Shown: positions 30,817 to 32,000 of the stretch, piece by piece
Layout: the number at the start of each line of letters is the position of its first letter
How positions within the stretch are numbered: position 1 is the stretch's first letter
Assembly: GCA_000175855.1 (NCBI GenBank)
Contig: ACYB01000035.1
Location: forward strand, 494,795-526,794
Length of the DNA stretch: 32,000 bases
Direction of reading: 5' to 3'
From: Raphidiopsis brookii D9
GTDB taxonomy: Bacteria; Cyanobacteriota; Cyanobacteriia; Cyanobacteriales; Nostocaceae
Notes under the pieces: model-generated
Databases searched by the model: none
Seen by the model: the letters and a program-made list of their open reading frames with translations, nothing else
What the model was told of the DNA's origin: nothing
Program-made: the position numbers and the translations under genes

Positions 30817-31578
30817 ATGCAGTCAGCAATTGAGCAATTTCGTATTAGTGCTCAGCGTGTTAGAGATTTAATTTCTCTTCATAATTCTCTGAAATCTCAA
30901 GCTACTGCTGCTTTAGATTTATCCGATATATTAAGAGCAGCTTTAGTTCTCATTGTCAGCGCATTAGATTACTATATTCATGAAGTTGTTACATTGGGGA
31001 TGCTGGAAATTCATCGAGGAATACGTCCTGAACCAGTAAATCCTCAAAATTCTGAATCAGCTTTTGGAAAGTTTAAAGTTCCTTTGGGAAGTGCTAGTGA
31101 AGATAGAACAACAGCTATAAATATTTCCTCTTGGATAGAGGGTGAAATACAGCAAAGTTATGGAGATGTCTTTTTGGAAGGTACTCATAATATTTCTAGT
31201 TTAATTCCTGTTATTTGCAATGCTATTGTGGATAAACTAAATAATAGTTCATGGTTAGAAAATGAAATTAGAAAAGAGTTCAGTAAACTAAGTTTTCAAA
31301 TACCAGATAACATTGCTGATGCAATTAGGTACATATCAAATAAAAAATTATGGGAAGAGGTTACTAATAAAATGAGAGGAAATACTACACAGGAATCTCA
31401 AAAAAGTATCAAACAACAATTAAGAGAAATTGTAAAACGCAGAAATCAAATTGCCCATGAAGCAGATATAGATCCTAGTTTTGGTTTAGGAAATCGCTGG
31501 CCTATAGATGAATTAATGGTTAATGATGCAGTAGATTTTATTGAGGAGGTTGTTGAGAGTATTCATCAAATTTTATAG
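30817..31578 (+). CDS. HEPN-domain protein (RiboL-PSP-HEPN-like), putative RNase
   Basis: 253 aa; all-alpha; SDILRAALVLIVSALDYYIHEVV near the N-terminus and RRNQIAHEAD (Rx4H HEPN catalytic motif); 30 nt downstream of the ParA-like gene. Confidence 0.75.
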   Translation: MQSAIEQFRISAQRVRDLISLHNSLKSQATAALDLSDILRAALVLIVSALDYYIHEVVTLGMLEIHRGIRPEPVNPQNSESAFGKFKVPLGSASEDRTTAINISSWIEGEIQQSYGDVFLEGTHNISSLIPVICNAIVDKLNNSSWLENEIRKEFSKLSFQIPDNIADAIRYISNKKLWEEVTNKMRGNTTQESQKSIKQQLREIVKRRNQIAHEADIDPSFGLGNRWPIDELMVNDAVDFIEEVVESIHQIL

Positions 31579-31626
31579 CTGACGGGGTGACAAACAAGGC
31601 TGAAAACAAGACGGTATAAAGAACGT

Positions 31627-31728
31627 AACGATTTATGGTAAAAAAGATAGGTCAGCTATTGTCAATAAGACCTATCTAACGATTTATGGTAAAAAAGATA
31701 GGTCAGCTATTGTCAATAAGACCTATCT
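31627..31728. repeat. 51-bp tandem direct repeat, 2 perfect copies, each holding a 9-bp-stem hairpin
   Basis: Unit AACGATTTATGGTAAAAAAGATAGGTCAGCTATTGTCAATAAGACCTATCT at 31627-31677 and 31678-31728; arms AGATAGGTC/GACCTATCT at 31645-31653/31669-31677 and 31696-31704/31720-31728. Confidence 0.9.
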
Positions 31729-31729
31729 A

Positions 31730-32000
31730 ATGAAAATGTTACCCTTATTCTATCAAAAGCACTTAAAAAGTCAATTGAGTTTAGCAGAATATCTGTTCCT
31801 CAAAATTTTGGTGAACATCTTACAGTCAATTAAAAATGTGAATTTAGAAAGGTTAGCGAATGGCGTACCGTTACCAATTAAATTTGAAAGTAGAAGAAAA
31901 AGAATACAAAGATTTTTATCATTACCAAATCTAACAATTGAAAAAATTTGGTTTCCCATTATTCAGGAATGGTTATCAATATATTTTACCAATGAAAAAA
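31730..32000 (+). CDS. IS transposase (IS4-like), N-terminal part, truncated by window end
   Basis: Open to the edge from ATG 31730 (or 31736): MKMLPLFYQKHLKSQLSLAEYLFLKILVNILQSIKNVNLERLANGVPLPIKFESRRKRIQRFLSLPNLTIEKIWFPIIQEWLSIYFTNEK; typical N-terminus of cyanobacterial IS4-type transposases. Absent from the track. Confidence 0.78.
   Translation, partial: MKMLPLFYQKHLKSQLSLAEYLFLKILVNILQSIKNVNLERLANGVPLPIKFESRRKRIQRFLSLPNLTIEKIWFPIIQEWLSIYFTNEK

Noticed and set aside
31627-31728. Possible CRISPR array
   Set aside because: Only two directly abutting identical 51-bp units with no variable spacers and no cas genes; better explained as an IS-end/leader duplication.
31771-31959. 62-aa minus-strand ORF at right end
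   Set aside because: Antisense to the transposase N-terminus open to the window edge (31730-32000 +), which matches known IS4-type transposases.

Overview
Cyanobacterial chromosomal window. Evidence: psaI, psbA, ndhF, rbcR, an ADO/AAR alkane pathway pair, Tic22, many HIP1 GCGATCGC octamers and consistent gene families; a Nostocales / Raphidiopsis-Cylindrospermopsis-like source is my inference only. Most of the window is ordinary core genome: ruvC (cut by the left edge and absent from the ORF track), yvcK-like, tsaE, prmC, tic22, ndhF, thioredoxin-like, NnrU-like, rbcR, psaI (46 aa, below the track cutoff), ADO, AAR, accA, SDR, folE, tocopherol cyclase, HAD hydrolase, a frameshifted squalene/phytoene synthase homologue, Ser/Thr kinase, wecB, a KaiB-domain protein, an MBL-fold protein, a nuclease-like/TPR fusion and psbA. 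There are three tRNAs (Ser-UGA, Arg-CCU, Ala-CGC). The right end (about 29.3-32.0 kb) is accessory. There a two-gene ParA-like ATPase + HEPN (Rx4H) cassette sits between an inverted-repeat-bounded transposase remnant and a new IS transposase preceded by a perfect 51-bp tandem duplication of a hairpin unit. This is the best candidate for an undescribed functional module, but its function is inference. Other signals: three phased 12-bp iterons beside the 3' end of tRNA-Ala, resembling a decayed transposon end, and an internally deleted sugar ABC permease pseudogene beside psaI/tRNA-Ser.
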